Below, one piece after another: positions 20,546-30,753 of a stretch of DNA of 64,000 nt. Within the stretch, counting starts at the first letter, position 1; the number at the start of each line of letters is the position of its first letter. The stretch is from contig OY969100.1 in NCBI GenBank assembly GCA_963697895.1, forward strand, positions 1,024,001 through 1,088,000. The letters run 5' to 3'. Position numbers and translations under genes: made by a program. The notes beneath the pieces were generated by a model. It worked only from the letters and a program-made list of their open reading frames with translations. It was not told the origin of the DNA and made no database searches. The stretch is from an uncultured Methanomicrobiales archaeon. GTDB lineage: Archaea; Halobacteriota; Methanomicrobia; Methanomicrobiales; Methanospirillaceae.

Positions 20546-20645
20546 GAGCGCATGCCTGGAGTGTGGGGATGGCAATATTGTCCGGGAAGAACGATATTCA
20601 TTCCATTCAGATTCGGAATCCGGGTAAACGGGGACGGGTGATTCC

Positions 20646-21998
20646 ATGGCTGAACTGAAGAGGACGCTGGGGGTCTGGCAGGCAGCGGCGGTCAGCATCG
20701 GCGCAATCATCGGGGCCGGCATATTCGTCCTGATCGGGGTCGCATCAGGACTTGCCGGCCCTTCGGTGATACTGTCGTTTATCGTTGCCGGGCTTGCCGC
20801 TCTGTTCACCGCACTCAGTGCCGCCGAGCTCTCGTCGTTCATCACCGAATCCGGAGGTTCGTATATCTATACGCACCACGCCTTCGGAAGGTTCTGGGGG
20901 TTTATCGTCGGGTGGGTGCAGACGGCAGATTATATAATCGGTGCCAGTGCGGTCTCTATCGGCTTTGCGGGGTACCTGATTTATTTCCTCGGCATTCCTC
21001 CCACTACGGTCGCTATCATCATTATCGCGTTCCTCTTACCGATTATCCTGATGCTCGTAAATCTCCGCGGGATGCGGGAGGCCGCCGGGATGAACTCGAT
21101 AATGGTTTTTTTGAAGATCATCGCCCTGATCATCTTCGTCGGGATCGGCGCATGGTTCATCGTGGTGAACGGGCCATCGGGAACGTATACCCCGTTCTTC
21201 CCGAACGGATTTTCCGGGATGCTGCATGGGGCGGCGATCATATTCTTTGCCTTCGTCGGGTTCAACACCGTGACGGTGATCGCCGAGGAGGTGAAGGATC
21301 CGGTCCGGAATGTCCCCCGGGCTCTTCTCCTCGCATTCGTTGTCTGCTCCGCCCTGTACATCGGGGTATCGATCGTTGCCATCGGACTGGTCGACTGGTC
21401 TGTGCTTGCCACGTCCGATGCACCCCTCGAGACCGCCCTCAAAGTTGCGACCCAGAATCCCTTTATCCTCGGGTATATCTCGATTGCCGCCCTGTTTGCC
21501 ACCGCTTCGGTGGTCATGTCGAGTATATTCGGCGGGTCGAGGGCGCTCTTTGCCATGGCCCGGCAGAAACTCCTTCCCCTTTCGATCAGCAGGATATCCA
21601 AGAACGGGGTCCCGTACATCTCCGTGATCATCGTCTCGGTGGCGATGGCAGGGATCGTCCTCGTATCCGGGGGAAATCTTGCTACTCTTGCCCAGGTCTT
21701 CAATTTCGGGACGCTCCTCACCTTCTTCTTCATCAACATGAGCCTCGTGAAACTCAGGTGGGACAACCCGGATGCTGTCCGCGGGTTTAAGGTGCCTGCC
21801 TACCCGCTGACACCCGTGCTCGGTGTCATATCCTGTGCACTCCTCCTCGCGTTCCTGAGCCGGTATGCCCTCATCTTCGGGGTGATCTGGATCGCCATCG
21901 GGATCCTGATCTTCGAGGCAAACCTGAGAGATTTCAAGAAAAAAGTAGAGGCGAAGCTGAAGAAGGAGTTCCATTCGGAAAAGCGGCCGGAGAAATAG
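20646..21998 (+). CDS. APC-family amino acid permease
   Basis: GAIIGAGIF, AELSS..SGGSY, FFAFVGF, AEEVKDP and FKVP motifs. Confidence 0.92.
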   Translation: MAELKRTLGVWQAAAVSIGAIIGAGIFVLIGVASGLAGPSVILSFIVAGLAALFTALSAAELSSFITESGGSYIYTHHAFGRFWGFIVGWVQTADYIIGASAVSIGFAGYLIYFLGIPPTTVAIIIIAFLLPIILMLVNLRGMREAAGMNSIMVFLKIIALIIFVGIGAWFIVVNGPSGTYTPFFPNGFSGMLHGAAIIFFAFVGFNTVTVIAEEVKDPVRNVPRALLLAFVVCSALYIGVSIVAIGLVDWSVLATSDAPLETALKVATQNPFILGYISIAALFATASVVMSSIFGGSRALFAMARQKLLPLSISRISKNGVPYISVIIVSVAMAGIVLVSGGNLATLAQVFNFGTLLTFFFINMSLVKLRWDNPDAVRGFKVPAYPLTPVLGVISCALLLAFLSRYALIFGVIWIAIGILIFEANLRDFKKKVEAKLKKEFHSEKRPEK

Positions 21999-22232
21999 AT
22001 CATCCCGGCCATTTTTAGTCTCGGGAACGAAGTTACGAAATTCAATACCCTGTTCAATTTCATAGTCGGTATACCGGATGCGTTATTGGTGGCTGAAAAC
22101 CCGGTCGATTCCCGGTTTACCGGAACGGGACCCCGGATGCGGGCGTTCTACGAGGAACCCGTAACCATCAGCCCGTCCAGGAGACACTTTGGCACAGCCC
22201 TGGCTTTTGCCTTAAAAGCAGGTTAGGGAGAG

Positions 22233-22865
22233 TTATCCCGGCAGGGTCGAAAGAACCCGGACGAAGGCCAGGAGCAGTTCAAACAGGCCAAAAGATAAGA
22301 TCACCGTAAGCACGAGAGGGACGAGGACGACCAGGACGGCCCTCCCGGTCGTCATCTCCTGGTTTTCCCGGACCCCGATGATGATCAGGATCACGGTCCA
22401 GACAGACCCGATGATCGAGACAAACGGGATCCACCCAATGAGTAAGGCCGGTGTAGACGCGTACATCACGGTCTTCACCGTCTGGGTCAGTCCCTTCTGG
22501 CCGCCGAACAGGATCACGAAGACGTGGTAGTACAACCCGCTGATGAAAATAGCGAAGAGCATGAACACGAAGAGGAGGTAGGGGAGGAACAGGAGGTAGG
22601 TGACCAGGAAGGCGGTGAATGCCTTCACGATACCTGGACCGTTGCTCCCGAGGATACCGCTCGATGCGATCGTGGTTACGGAAGCTGCTCCAGTAGGTGA
22701 CGCCAACGGAGACCGATACCACGATGGCAAGAAGAACGCTGAAGAGGATGAGGAGGATGACATAGTACTGGTAGGCACTGGTCAGCGTCTCCGATCTCGT
22801 GGCCTGAAGGTTGCCGAGGGATGCAGGAGAAAGCCTTTCACTTTCTCTCCGATATGTGTGGACAT
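22233..22865 (-). pseudogene. YIP1-family membrane protein with two frameshifts
   Basis: MSTHIGEKVKGFLLHPSATF / QATRSETLTSAYQYY.. / ..HVFVILFGGQKGLTQTVKTVMYASTP..GWIP lie in three successive frames (shifts near 22806 and 22680). Confidence 0.7.
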
Positions 22866-23094
22866 ACAGACCCTCGTAAATCCTGCGACCCGATAAATCT
22901 GATCCCGGCGGAAATCTCGAAGACGATGCTGTTTGACTCCGGTGCACCGGAGTTAAACAAGGACCATTGCAATTGCCGACAAGGCTCCGTATACAGCTCC
23001 GGATCAACAACTCCCGGAGGCCGGTATTTCCGCAAACAATAGGGCCGGAGCATAACTTAACACCTGTCCGGGTGTATACCAGAGAGAGACCACT

Positions 23095-23745
23095 ATGGAT
23101 CGAAGGCTCGTTCTCGTCCTCGCCCTGCTTTTAGTAAGCAGCATCGTTCTTTCCACTGCCGCCTATCTTTTCGGGGTCTTTCCCTTCGACCTGCAGGTCG
23201 CCCGCTGGGTGCGGGGATTTGATCACCCGGTATTCATCACTGCGATAGGAGCGGTGAGTTTCTTCGGGAACGGGTGGGTTCCTGTCATACTGGTCGGTGT
23301 AGTGGCGGCATTTTGCGCCGTCCGGGAGAAACGGCTCGAAGCGGTGTTCGTAATCCTGACCCTGAGTGCCTATGCCCTCGATGGGGTCCTGAAAGTCCTT
23401 GTCGGCCGCCCAAGACCACCCGGTGCCGGCATAATCATCTCCAATATACTTCTGCCGGTCAACCAGTACGGGTACCCGAGCGGCCATGTACTGTTCTATG
23501 TCGTTTTTTTCGGCTTTCTGGCCTTTCTTTCGTGGGACTATCTCACCGGCCGGCTCCGGTGGATCTCCGTAGCCATCTGCATGGCGCTCATCGTCCTCAT
23601 CGGTCCTTCCCGTATTTTTCCCGGGGAACACTGGGTAAGCGACGTTCTCGGGAGTTATATCATCGGAACTTTCTGGCTGATCGTCCTGATCCTGCTGTAC
23701 CAGATGGTACTTCACCGGAGGAGCAGAGCGGGTGAGGGCAGGTAG
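23095..23745 (+). CDS. PAP2-family membrane phosphatase
   Basis: K...RPRP, YPSGH and SR..GEHW.SDV motifs. Confidence 0.9.
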   Translation: MDRRLVLVLALLLVSSIVLSTAAYLFGVFPFDLQVARWVRGFDHPVFITAIGAVSFFGNGWVPVILVGVVAAFCAVREKRLEAVFVILTLSAYALDGVLKVLVGRPRPPGAGIIISNILLPVNQYGYPSGHVLFYVVFFGFLAFLSWDYLTGRLRWISVAICMALIVLIGPSRIFPGEHWVSDVLGSYIIGTFWLIVLILLYQMVLHRRSRAGEGR

Positions 23746-23821
23746 TTCGGGGTGTCGCCGAATTACCCTGTTCGAGAAAACTTTATCAATCCTCTTGTCA
23801 ATTACCCATTCAGTGAATAAA

Positions 23822-24061
23822 ATGTCACTGAAATTTGACGTATACACGCTGCTCGGTGCCCTGATGACCGCAGCATTCGGCCTGATAGCGGCGCTTGCAT
23901 GGAACGGGGCAATCCAGGCCATATTTAAACAGGTATTTGGCACCATCGAAAGTGTTCCTGCGCAGTTGAGTTATGCAATTATTGTTACCATCATCGCGGT
24001 GATCGCCACGATACTGATCGCCCGGGCTGTTTCTCATGCGAAAGGGGAAGAGAAAAAATAA
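23822..24061 (+). CDS. DUF5654-like small membrane protein
   Basis: LMTAAFGLIAALAWNGAIQAIF..YAIIVTIIAV. Confidence 0.75.
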   Translation: MSLKFDVYTLLGALMTAAFGLIAALAWNGAIQAIFKQVFGTIESVPAQLSYAIIVTIIAVIATILIARAVSHAKGEEKK

Positions 24062-24316
24062 CCTTTTTCCTTGAAATTTTGAGAATTTTCATGGGGAGCG
24101 AAAAGGCTCTCGATTGGTCCTTTCAGACGTTCCGACCCGAAAATTACTCCGGCCCGGGACCCGCCGGGTCAGCCCGGCCCTGTATCACCCGGCAGCCCTT
24201 CGGGATGACCGGTTACCCCGGGCATCCGGTCATCCAGGTCCATGTTGCTGGACTGGTCCTGTGACCACGGAGTTGGTGTGGTAAATCATCCGTCAAACGC
24301 CAATTCCCGTGTATAA

Positions 24317-24655
24317 TCAGAGCAGCTTCGTCTCACCGGTCGGTTTCGGCACCTTTACGACAAGAACCCGGAACACCCCCGCACTCTCGTTGATCCAGCG
24401 GTGGGGGATCCGTGCCGGGCTCCCGACCAGGGTATCTTTTCCGACGGTCGCCCGTTCCTCCCCGATCTCCACGGTCCCGGTCCCTTCCAGCACGTAGAAG
24501 AAGACGTCGACCGGGGTGATGTGTTTCCTGAGTGATTCTCCGGGTTCGAGCGTGATGACCACTGCGACGGCGAGCGGGGATTCATAGATCTTCCGTACGT
24601 CGACATGATGGGGGTTCGGCCCGCTCACCACCTTGGCGACTTCGGTAATGTTCAT
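24317..24655 (-). CDS. Cupin domain protein
   Basis: LEPGE..HITP..FYVLEG.G..PH..IN cupin motifs. Confidence 0.9.
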   Translation of the reverse strand: MNITEVAKVVSGPNPHHVDVRKIYESPLAVAVVITLEPGESLRKHITPVDVFFYVLEGTGTVEIGEERATVGKDTLVGSPARIPHRWINESAGVFRVLVVKVPKPTGETKLL

Positions 24656-25347
24656 TTTTCATTCACTTCCTCAAGAGGAATGTACGGAATCGAGATAAGT
24701 AATTCCGATCTCAATGTTTCCATGCCAATTCGTTCCATGAACCGTGCTGTTCTCTCATGCTGGTTTGCATTTCTCCGGTAATACTCACAAAGACGCTCTG
24801 CACAATCCACCGCCTCACTGGCAGTAAGGTCCCATGCAATACGGTCGCCGAACCGGGGTCTCGTGCCCCCGTTACCGCCAAAGAAGACCATCCAGCCCCT
24901 TGTCGTGCCGATAATCCCGATGTCCCGGGTATGGCTTTCGCTGCAACAGCGGGGGCATCCCGAGACCCCGATCTTGACCTTCGCCGGGAAGGACTGGTCT
25001 TTGAACTGGTCATCGATCACTCTTACAAGCCCGATAGAGTCCTGTTTCCCATATCTGCACATATCGGTGCCAAGACAGGCCTGGACGAATTTGACACACG
25101 GGGCCGTCTCAGGTTTCGCGAGCGGGCCCAGGTCGTCAATGACCCGGGACACATCATCGGGCTCGAGCCCGGCCAGGACAATCCGCTGGCCCGAGGTAAT
25201 CTTCAGAATCGGCACATGGTGCTTCCGTCCAATGGCGGCAATTCTTTCGAGTTGCTCCGGTGAGACGATGCCGGCGGGGATCCGCGTGGTAACCGCGTAG
25301 GTCCTGTCGTCCCGCTGGAGGACCGCTCCTTCTGTAATATTTGTCAT
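24652..25347 (-). CDS. Nitrite/sulfite reductase 4Fe-4S (siroheme-binding) domain protein
   Basis: TSGQRI, ACLGTDMC, KIGVSGCPRCC, GG.GG..PR and ERTARF motifs. Confidence 0.88.
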   Translation of the reverse strand: MTNITEGAVLQRDDRTYAVTTRIPAGIVSPEQLERIAAIGRKHHVPILKITSGQRIVLAGLEPDDVSRVIDDLGPLAKPETAPCVKFVQACLGTDMCRYGKQDSIGLVRVIDDQFKDQSFPAKVKIGVSGCPRCCSESHTRDIGIIGTTRGWMVFFGGNGGTRPRFGDRIAWDLTASEAVDCAERLCEYYRRNANQHERTARFMERIGMETLRSELLISIPYIPLEEVNEK

Positions 25348-25368
25348 CGTTCTTCTCGACTCCGTTGC

Positions 25369-26220
25369 TTACTTTTCCACTCCTGTTTTCCTGTTCAATA
25401 GTTTCCTGCCGTCATGAGTGCTCATCTTGTCGCGGGCGATCTCGTGTGCATCTTCGATCATCCGGGAGAACAACCTGCTCTGAACGCAGGTGATGAAAGG
25501 GAGCGTGATAACGACCGCCATCCGGTTTCCATCCTGCGTGTAGATCAGCATGGATTCCTGATCGTCGGCAATGAGGATACACTCGAGCCTGAAGAGAGCT
25601 CCTTCCCGGTGAATGGGAACGGAAAATATTTTTCCAAAGACGTTCACCCCGAAAAAGTCCCTGAGCTCTCCGGCCTCAAAGCACCTGGTACCCTCCGGGG
25701 CGACGAACCCTTCTGCTCCCCCTTCGGGAAAGAGGATTTTTACTTCACGATCCCGGGCGACAGAGACGATCGGACTCTGGAATGTTGTCAGGGTCTCTCC
25801 ATTGAAACAGAGGATAATGAGTTCATGGGCAACGCCCTCGACTAACCGCTCAAGATTTCGCCGGATAGTCCAGTCGCTATGCACGTACCATATCGGCGAA
25901 TAATTCTGATGGGCGTTCAGCGACAGAGCCTCAAGGGTCTTCACACTTTCGGATGCGGCCGTATCGAGATCTCGCTTTAAGAAGGAAACGACGATGTCCG
26001 GCCGGACCGCAGTATACATCAGCGGGCTTCCCTGCCGTATCTCAATGAATCCCTTTTCATCGAGCGCATTGAGGACATCATACACCCGCGGCCGCGGGAC
26101 ACCGCTGGCCTCATGGATCCTGCGCACATTTGCCTCACCAAGCCCGACGAGGGCAACGTAGATCCTGGCCTCGTATTCCTTGAGTCCGAGCTGGACAAGA
26201 TTCTCAACCGCTGAATCCAT
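25369..26220 (-). CDS. TrmB-family transcriptional regulator
   Basis: LGLKEYEARIYVAL..SGVPRPRVYDVL..L.EKGF. Confidence 0.92.
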   Translation of the reverse strand: MDSAVENLVQLGLKEYEARIYVALVGLGEANVRRIHEASGVPRPRVYDVLNALDEKGFIEIRQGSPLMYTAVRPDIVVSFLKRDLDTAASESVKTLEALSLNAHQNYSPIWYVHSDWTIRRNLERLVEGVAHELIILCFNGETLTTFQSPIVSVARDREVKILFPEGGAEGFVAPEGTRCFEAGELRDFFGVNVFGKIFSVPIHREGALFRLECILIADDQESMLIYTQDGNRMAVVITLPFITCVQSRLFSRMIEDAHEIARDKMSTHDGRKLLNRKTGVEK

Positions 26221-26274
26221 CTGTTACTTTGTTAGGGACAACAAAATTAAATAGTTATCTGCCGAGCATACTGC

Positions 26275-26703
26275 ATGACACTCACGACCGCCGAGAAGGC
26301 AAATATCAGCATCGTCCGGAAATTTTTCGCTGTCGGGCCATCAAACGGTGACCTTGCGGCAGCCGATGCACTACTCCATCCCGAATTTTCCCTGCATACC
26401 CCCCTGCCAACACCCGGACCCGGTATTGAAGCGATGAACACCGTGATCGTAACCTGCCGGGCAGCCTTTCACGGCCTGAATGTAACCATTGAGGACATCC
26501 TGGCAGAGGGGGAGAAGGTCACTGCCCGGTTTACTGCCCGGGGCGTCCATGCGGGGGCATTCATGGGGCTCCCTCCGACCGGAAAGGAGATTGCCCTGAC
26601 CGGCATCGAGATTTTCCGCATGAAGGAGGGGAAGATCGCCGAGCTCTGGGGTGAAGCAAACCTGATGGGGCTGATGCAGCAGCTCGGGATTATTCCCGCA
26701 TGA
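26275..26703 (+). CDS. SnoaL-like ester cyclase family protein
   Basis: AF..L..TIED..AEGEKV..RF..RG.H.G.FMG.PPTGK..GKIAE.W. Confidence 0.9.
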   Translation: MTLTTAEKANISIVRKFFAVGPSNGDLAAADALLHPEFSLHTPLPTPGPGIEAMNTVIVTCRAAFHGLNVTIEDILAEGEKVTARFTARGVHAGAFMGLPPTGKEIALTGIEIFRMKEGKIAELWGEANLMGLMQQLGIIPA

Positions 26704-26828
26704 ACCGGGCCCATCCCGAAAAACAGTGATCCAGAAGATAGTGTCCGGATCTCAGTCAATCGGGAAAACGAAAAAACAGCTAAAAAATATACCGGTATTG
26801 GAATACCTTCCAAAGCAAAGGGCAGATC

Positions 26829-27194
26829 ATGGCAGAGTTTCACTGGGAGAACCCGGAAAGGCAGGACAAAAAGCGGACGGAACTCTATTCGAAGGTGTTT
26901 TCACAGAAAGACCTCGTGAGTTATTCAGACGGTACCGTTGCGAGCCGGATGGTCATCAATAAGAAAAGCGGGAGCATCACCCTTTTTTCATTTGATGCAG
27001 ACGAGGGGCTTTCCGAGCACACGGCACCCTACGATGCCGTCGTTACCATCCTCGACGGAGAATGCGAAGTCTGGGTAGCGGGACAGACCCATCAGATGAA
27101 GGAAGGGGATACGATCATCTTTCCGGCGAATGTCCCCCATGCACTATCGGCGATCACCCGGTTCAAGGTGAGCCTTACCATGATCCGGGAGTAA
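26829..27194 (+). CDS. Cupin domain protein
   Basis: TLFSFDADEGLSEHTAP..PANVPHAL. Confidence 0.9.
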   Translation: MAEFHWENPERQDKKRTELYSKVFSQKDLVSYSDGTVASRMVINKKSGSITLFSFDADEGLSEHTAPYDAVVTILDGECEVWVAGQTHQMKEGDTIIFPANVPHALSAITRFKVSLTMIRE

Positions 27195-27196
27195 CA

Positions 27197-27475
27197 ATGA
27201 CAGGCGATAATAAAGACGGGACGTATTGCACCATATGCGGGGGAATACCACCTGATATGATCAAGATCCGGCGGATTTCCATCGACGGCAAGGAGACGGG
27301 GATCGATCAGCTCGATTTCGTTATCGATGAGGTAAAGAAACTCCACCTGACCGACGACCATGCGATCGGGGAGGAACTCGTGAAACGGGTGAACGCCTTC
27401 AACTACATCCCGACGAAGAAAAGACCCGAGTATGCGGAGGCGCTCCTAAAAGAATACAAAAGGACGGAGGGGTGA
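27197..27475 (+). CDS. Hypothetical protein with N-terminal CxxC
   Basis: MTGDNKDGTYCTICGG..FNYIP..YAEALLKEY; operonic spacing. Confidence 0.75.
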   Translation: MTGDNKDGTYCTICGGIPPDMIKIRRISIDGKETGIDQLDFVIDEVKKLHLTDDHAIGEELVKRVNAFNYIPTKKRPEYAEALLKEYKRTEG

Positions 27476-27478
27476 ACG

Positions 27479-27715
27479 ATGCCCGACCATTGCCCCGGTG
27501 CGGCGAACCTCCGCACGCCTACCCTCTCGATCCGGAAGTGCCCGCAGTGCGGGGAAGAAGTGGAGATCTTCTCGAACGATCTGAAGGTCCGGTGCCCGAA
27601 CTGCGGGTTCCTGATATACAACGATGTGCAATCGTGCATCCAGTGGTGCAAATTTGCAAAAGAGTGCGTAGGGCCCGAACTCTACGAGAAATTTGCGAAG
27701 AAATCTGAGATATGA
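27479..27715 (+). CDS. Small Cys-rich zinc-ribbon protein
   Basis: CPG..CPQCGEEVEIFS..CPNCG..SCIQWC..AKECVG. Confidence 0.8.
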   Translation: MPDHCPGAANLRTPTLSIRKCPQCGEEVEIFSNDLKVRCPNCGFLIYNDVQSCIQWCKFAKECVGPELYEKFAKKSEI

Positions 27716-27742
27716 TCTGAATTACGAGGAGAGAATAAGAAT

Positions 27743-27922
27743 ATGCCATCGTGTAAGGACTGCATGAACTTCACCCCGAAGACCGGCGATTCGGGGGAGT
27801 GCCAGATCAACGGACCGACGTTTCCTGACCGGGATAATGAACGATGCCCGTCGAGGACGTTCCGGCCGAAAGCAGAAGAGCAAAAGACCGGTCCGGGGAA
27901 ACGGGGACCGGTCCGGAGATGA
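27743..27922 (+). CDS. 59-aa CxxC small protein (MPSCKDCMNF..GEC..RCP..F.P)
   Basis: Read manually; GAGGAG SD upstream; four Cys. Confidence 0.6.
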   Translation: MPSCKDCMNFTPKTGDSGECQINGPTFPDRDNERCPSRTFRPKAEEQKTGPGKRGPVRR

Positions 27923-28150
27923 TGAGATCCATCTGAACGATCCCGCTATCGACGGGCATCTGCCCTCAGAGGCAATGGGTGGCATCACCAGTATGCAGAG
28001 GTGAAGGGGGTGTTCCGGGGATATGGTGAAAATGAACGGGATCTCCGTTGGAGCGGCCGTAAAGATATATGCCCGGTATCCCCGGGACCGTCACGACCGG
28101 TCTGACCGGTGATCCTGCTGTTCCGGGAATAATTTGAAAAATAAGACCGA

Positions 28151-28777
28151 TCACTCCAGCCCCGGGATCCGCCGGGTCAGCTCTGGCCAGTCTTTCCCGG
28201 CCGCCTCCCGGATGACCGGCTTGAGCCCGGCGAAGACCGGCGGGGGCATCAGGTTCATCCAGATCCGGACGACGGTGGCCTGGTCGTCCTGCCCGAGGAG
28301 CGGGAGGAGCCACCGGACGAGGGCAGGCATCCGCTCGGGCGGTACCTTTCTCGCCATGGTGCCGAGGATGGAAGTATGTTCAGCCTCGTCTATCCGTTTC
28401 TGGAGGAACGGGTACACGTACATATCCTCCTTGTTTAAGTGAATCCGCAGGTGTGCGTTCAGGACGGCGGTCGCCCGGGCCAGGCTCAGGGGATCGTTCG
28501 CGGTCCGCATCGCTTCCAGTCCGGCAACCATGGTGTCCAGTTCCCGGTGGTCGAGGACGTATACCGGGGCGACGAACGGCGCCAGCCGTTCGATGACAGG
28601 GAAGATCGCCTCTTCCTCGCCCTTCGCGTGGTAATCGAGGAATTCCCCGTTGATGCCCATCCGGTCCAGGATGGGAGTGAAATCCCCACCTTCCCGAGCA
28701 GCCCGGAAGGCAAGGGCATCGATCTCCCGCGTGTCGCGGCGGAATGCGGTGTGTAAGCAATGGATTATTTCAAACAT
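28151..28777 (-). CDS. Hemerythrin (HHE) domain protein
   Basis: H.AFRR, YHAKGEE..IFP, DHRE and HLNKED..YP motifs. Confidence 0.88.
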   Translation of the reverse strand: MFEIIHCLHTAFRRDTREIDALAFRAAREGGDFTPILDRMGINGEFLDYHAKGEEEAIFPVIERLAPFVAPVYVLDHRELDTMVAGLEAMRTANDPLSLARATAVLNAHLRIHLNKEDMYVYPFLQKRIDEAEHTSILGTMARKVPPERMPALVRWLLPLLGQDDQATVVRIWMNLMPPPVFAGLKPVIREAAGKDWPELTRRIPGLE

Positions 28778-29002
28778 CGAACCGTTCTCCCGGGAACTCG
28801 TATTTCTCCCATCCCCTATAAACGCTCTCCCCCGCAGAAGGGTACAAGGAGAAGAACGATCTATCCCGCAGGATGGGTATCGGGTCCGGAAAAGAAGCCG
28901 GGATCATACCGTGCGGGAACGGTAAAAAACCGATGAAAATGGGAAAGGAGTGATCCGTTCGGATCACCTGTTCCCGGTGGGAGATCGATATTGCGTTACC
29001 GA

Positions 29003-29447
29003 TCAGACAAGGGGTGCCTTCACGTAGTTCAGGATGACTTTGCCTGAGGCATCTTTCATGGTCAGCGTTATCCCGTCACTGGAAATTGCCCATGTCTTGG
29101 CCATCTGTATATCCGCGAGATAGGCCTGCTCCTGGTCCATCACACCCGCCGGGTCCGCACAGAACATCAGGGTAACACCCGGCTGCGTTATGGTAATGGC
29201 GTCTCCATTCACGGACCATCCGGCGGAATACTGGTTACACCCGGAACTTCCCGTCATCTGCTTGCTCACATTGAAGGTCGCGGTGACCGTTGTCCCGCTG
29301 ATGACGGGTGAATATACCCCGGTCGCATTGCTGTAATACGCAAGTCTCCAGGATGATCCGGCGAGTCTGAGGATTGGTCACGGTACACCCGGCACCGAGA
29401 ACCGCGGCCAGGCAGAGAAGGGTTAAGAGCGGCAGTACGAATTTCAT
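29003..29447 (-). pseudogene. META-domain lipoprotein with one frameshift
   Basis: Lipoprotein signal (..LGAGCT), then a frame change near 29365 into LAGSSWRL..GSSGCNQY..TLMFC..MDQEQAYL. Confidence 0.75.
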
Positions 29448-29559
29448 GTATACCGTCATCGGAATAGCTGATATGAGTTAATAATACTTCTCCTGTCTTT
29501 TTTCCGGCATCTTCGGGGGTACGAACTTTTTTTTGCAAACGGTTCACAATGCCGGGCGA

Positions 29560-29659
29560 TCAGGCGATCCGGTCCCGGGGCGGGGATGCCGATCTGTTCC
29601 CGTCTCACGACGGCGTCCTCGACCCTGTACGGGGGAATTTCGAGGGCGGAGAAGACCAT
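29560..29659 (-). repeat. Degenerate copy of the 3' end of gene 30184-30594
   Basis: Aligns by eye to 30184-30282 (SALEIPPY.VEDAVVR.EQIGIPA). Confidence 0.9.
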
Positions 29660-29759
29660 ATATACCCCGGATAAGAGTTCTCTTTCCTAACCAGTCCCTG
29701 CCCGGTATCATTACCCGGGAAATGGAATCGTTTCAGAACCCGCCGGGGACAGGATAGGT

Positions 29760-30050
29760 ATGACTACTATAACGACCTATATGAGCAATATGCAAAAGAG
29801 CAAAGTACGACATCAACAATGGGAAATTGGGGATTCACTCTCTTTTGCCCTGAAGAATGGTAAAGTGCTCCATGGGGAGGTCGGCGATATAATTCACCAG
29901 TGTGATATTCATGCGGGTGGAAATGCTGTCGGAAAATTTCTCCAACGTGCAGAATCGATGCCGCAATCACCATTCCGGATTTTACGGTCATTTAATAAGA
30001 AGTCAGCCGATCATGTACGGGTATACCGCATTAAATTAAAAGTGAAATAA
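29760..30050 (+). CDS. Hypothetical small basic protein, AT-richer than its flanks (start may be 29781 or 29790)
   Basis: 96-aa ORF lying between the direct repeats. Confidence 0.55.
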   Translation: MTTITTYMSNMQKSKVRHQQWEIGDSLSFALKNGKVLHGEVGDIIHQCDIHAGGNAVGKFLQRAESMPQSPFRILRSFNKKSADHVRVYRIKLKVK

Positions 30051-30183
30051 CCGGAATTATTCCCTGCGGAGGTACTCCGGGAACTTACCCGAAATCCCGG
30101 ATAACGATAACGAAAATCAACACCCGCCATTGTGCGATTCCGTCGGGAGCCCGGTGATCCCTCCTGTACCGTTTCTTCCCTGG

Positions 30184-30594
30184 TCAGGCGATCCGGTCCC
30201 GGGCGGGAATGCCGATCTGTTCGAGCCTCACGACGGCGTCCTCGACCGTGTAGGGAGGAATCTCGAGGGCGGAGGAGACCATCCCTACGGCGGAAAACGG
30301 GTGTTCGTGGATATACGCGAAGACTTCCCGGGAATGATGGGGTTCCTTCTTCAGGTCCCTGTCGATGCCCGCATCGTTCCGGATGATGTCGCAGTCACGC
30401 CCGGTATTCGATAACACCGCTATTCTCCCGTCTTCGGTATGTACAAATCTCTTTTCGGCGAGCGAGAGGATAGTGTTCGTGACCTTTCGTGCGGGGATGC
30501 CGAGGATCTCTCCGATACATTCACCATCGGCCGCATGCTCCTCTCTGCGCTTCAGGTACACCAGGATCCTCCGTTCGTCCCGGGTCAGTTTCAT
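30184..30594 (-). CDS. Winged-helix HTH protein (two HTH-like segments)
   Basis: ERRILVYL..IGEILGIPARKV...LAEKRFV; AGGAGG SD. Confidence 0.7.
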   Translation of the reverse strand: MKLTRDERRILVYLKRREEHAADGECIGEILGIPARKVTNTILSLAEKRFVHTEDGRIAVLSNTGRDCDIIRNDAGIDRDLKKEPHHSREVFAYIHEHPFSAVGMVSSALEIPPYTVEDAVVRLEQIGIPARDRIA

Positions 30595-30753
30595 GGTACC
30601 CTCCTGAGTAAGGGAGGGGGGTACCGGATGGTATCACCATCGCGGGTGGGGTGAAAGTGGATCCCTGCGATCACACCGGCTGGATGACGGGCGACTGTGC
30701 CGATGCAATGCTCCATGAGGACGTAACGAGATACCTCTACGGAGAGAATACCC

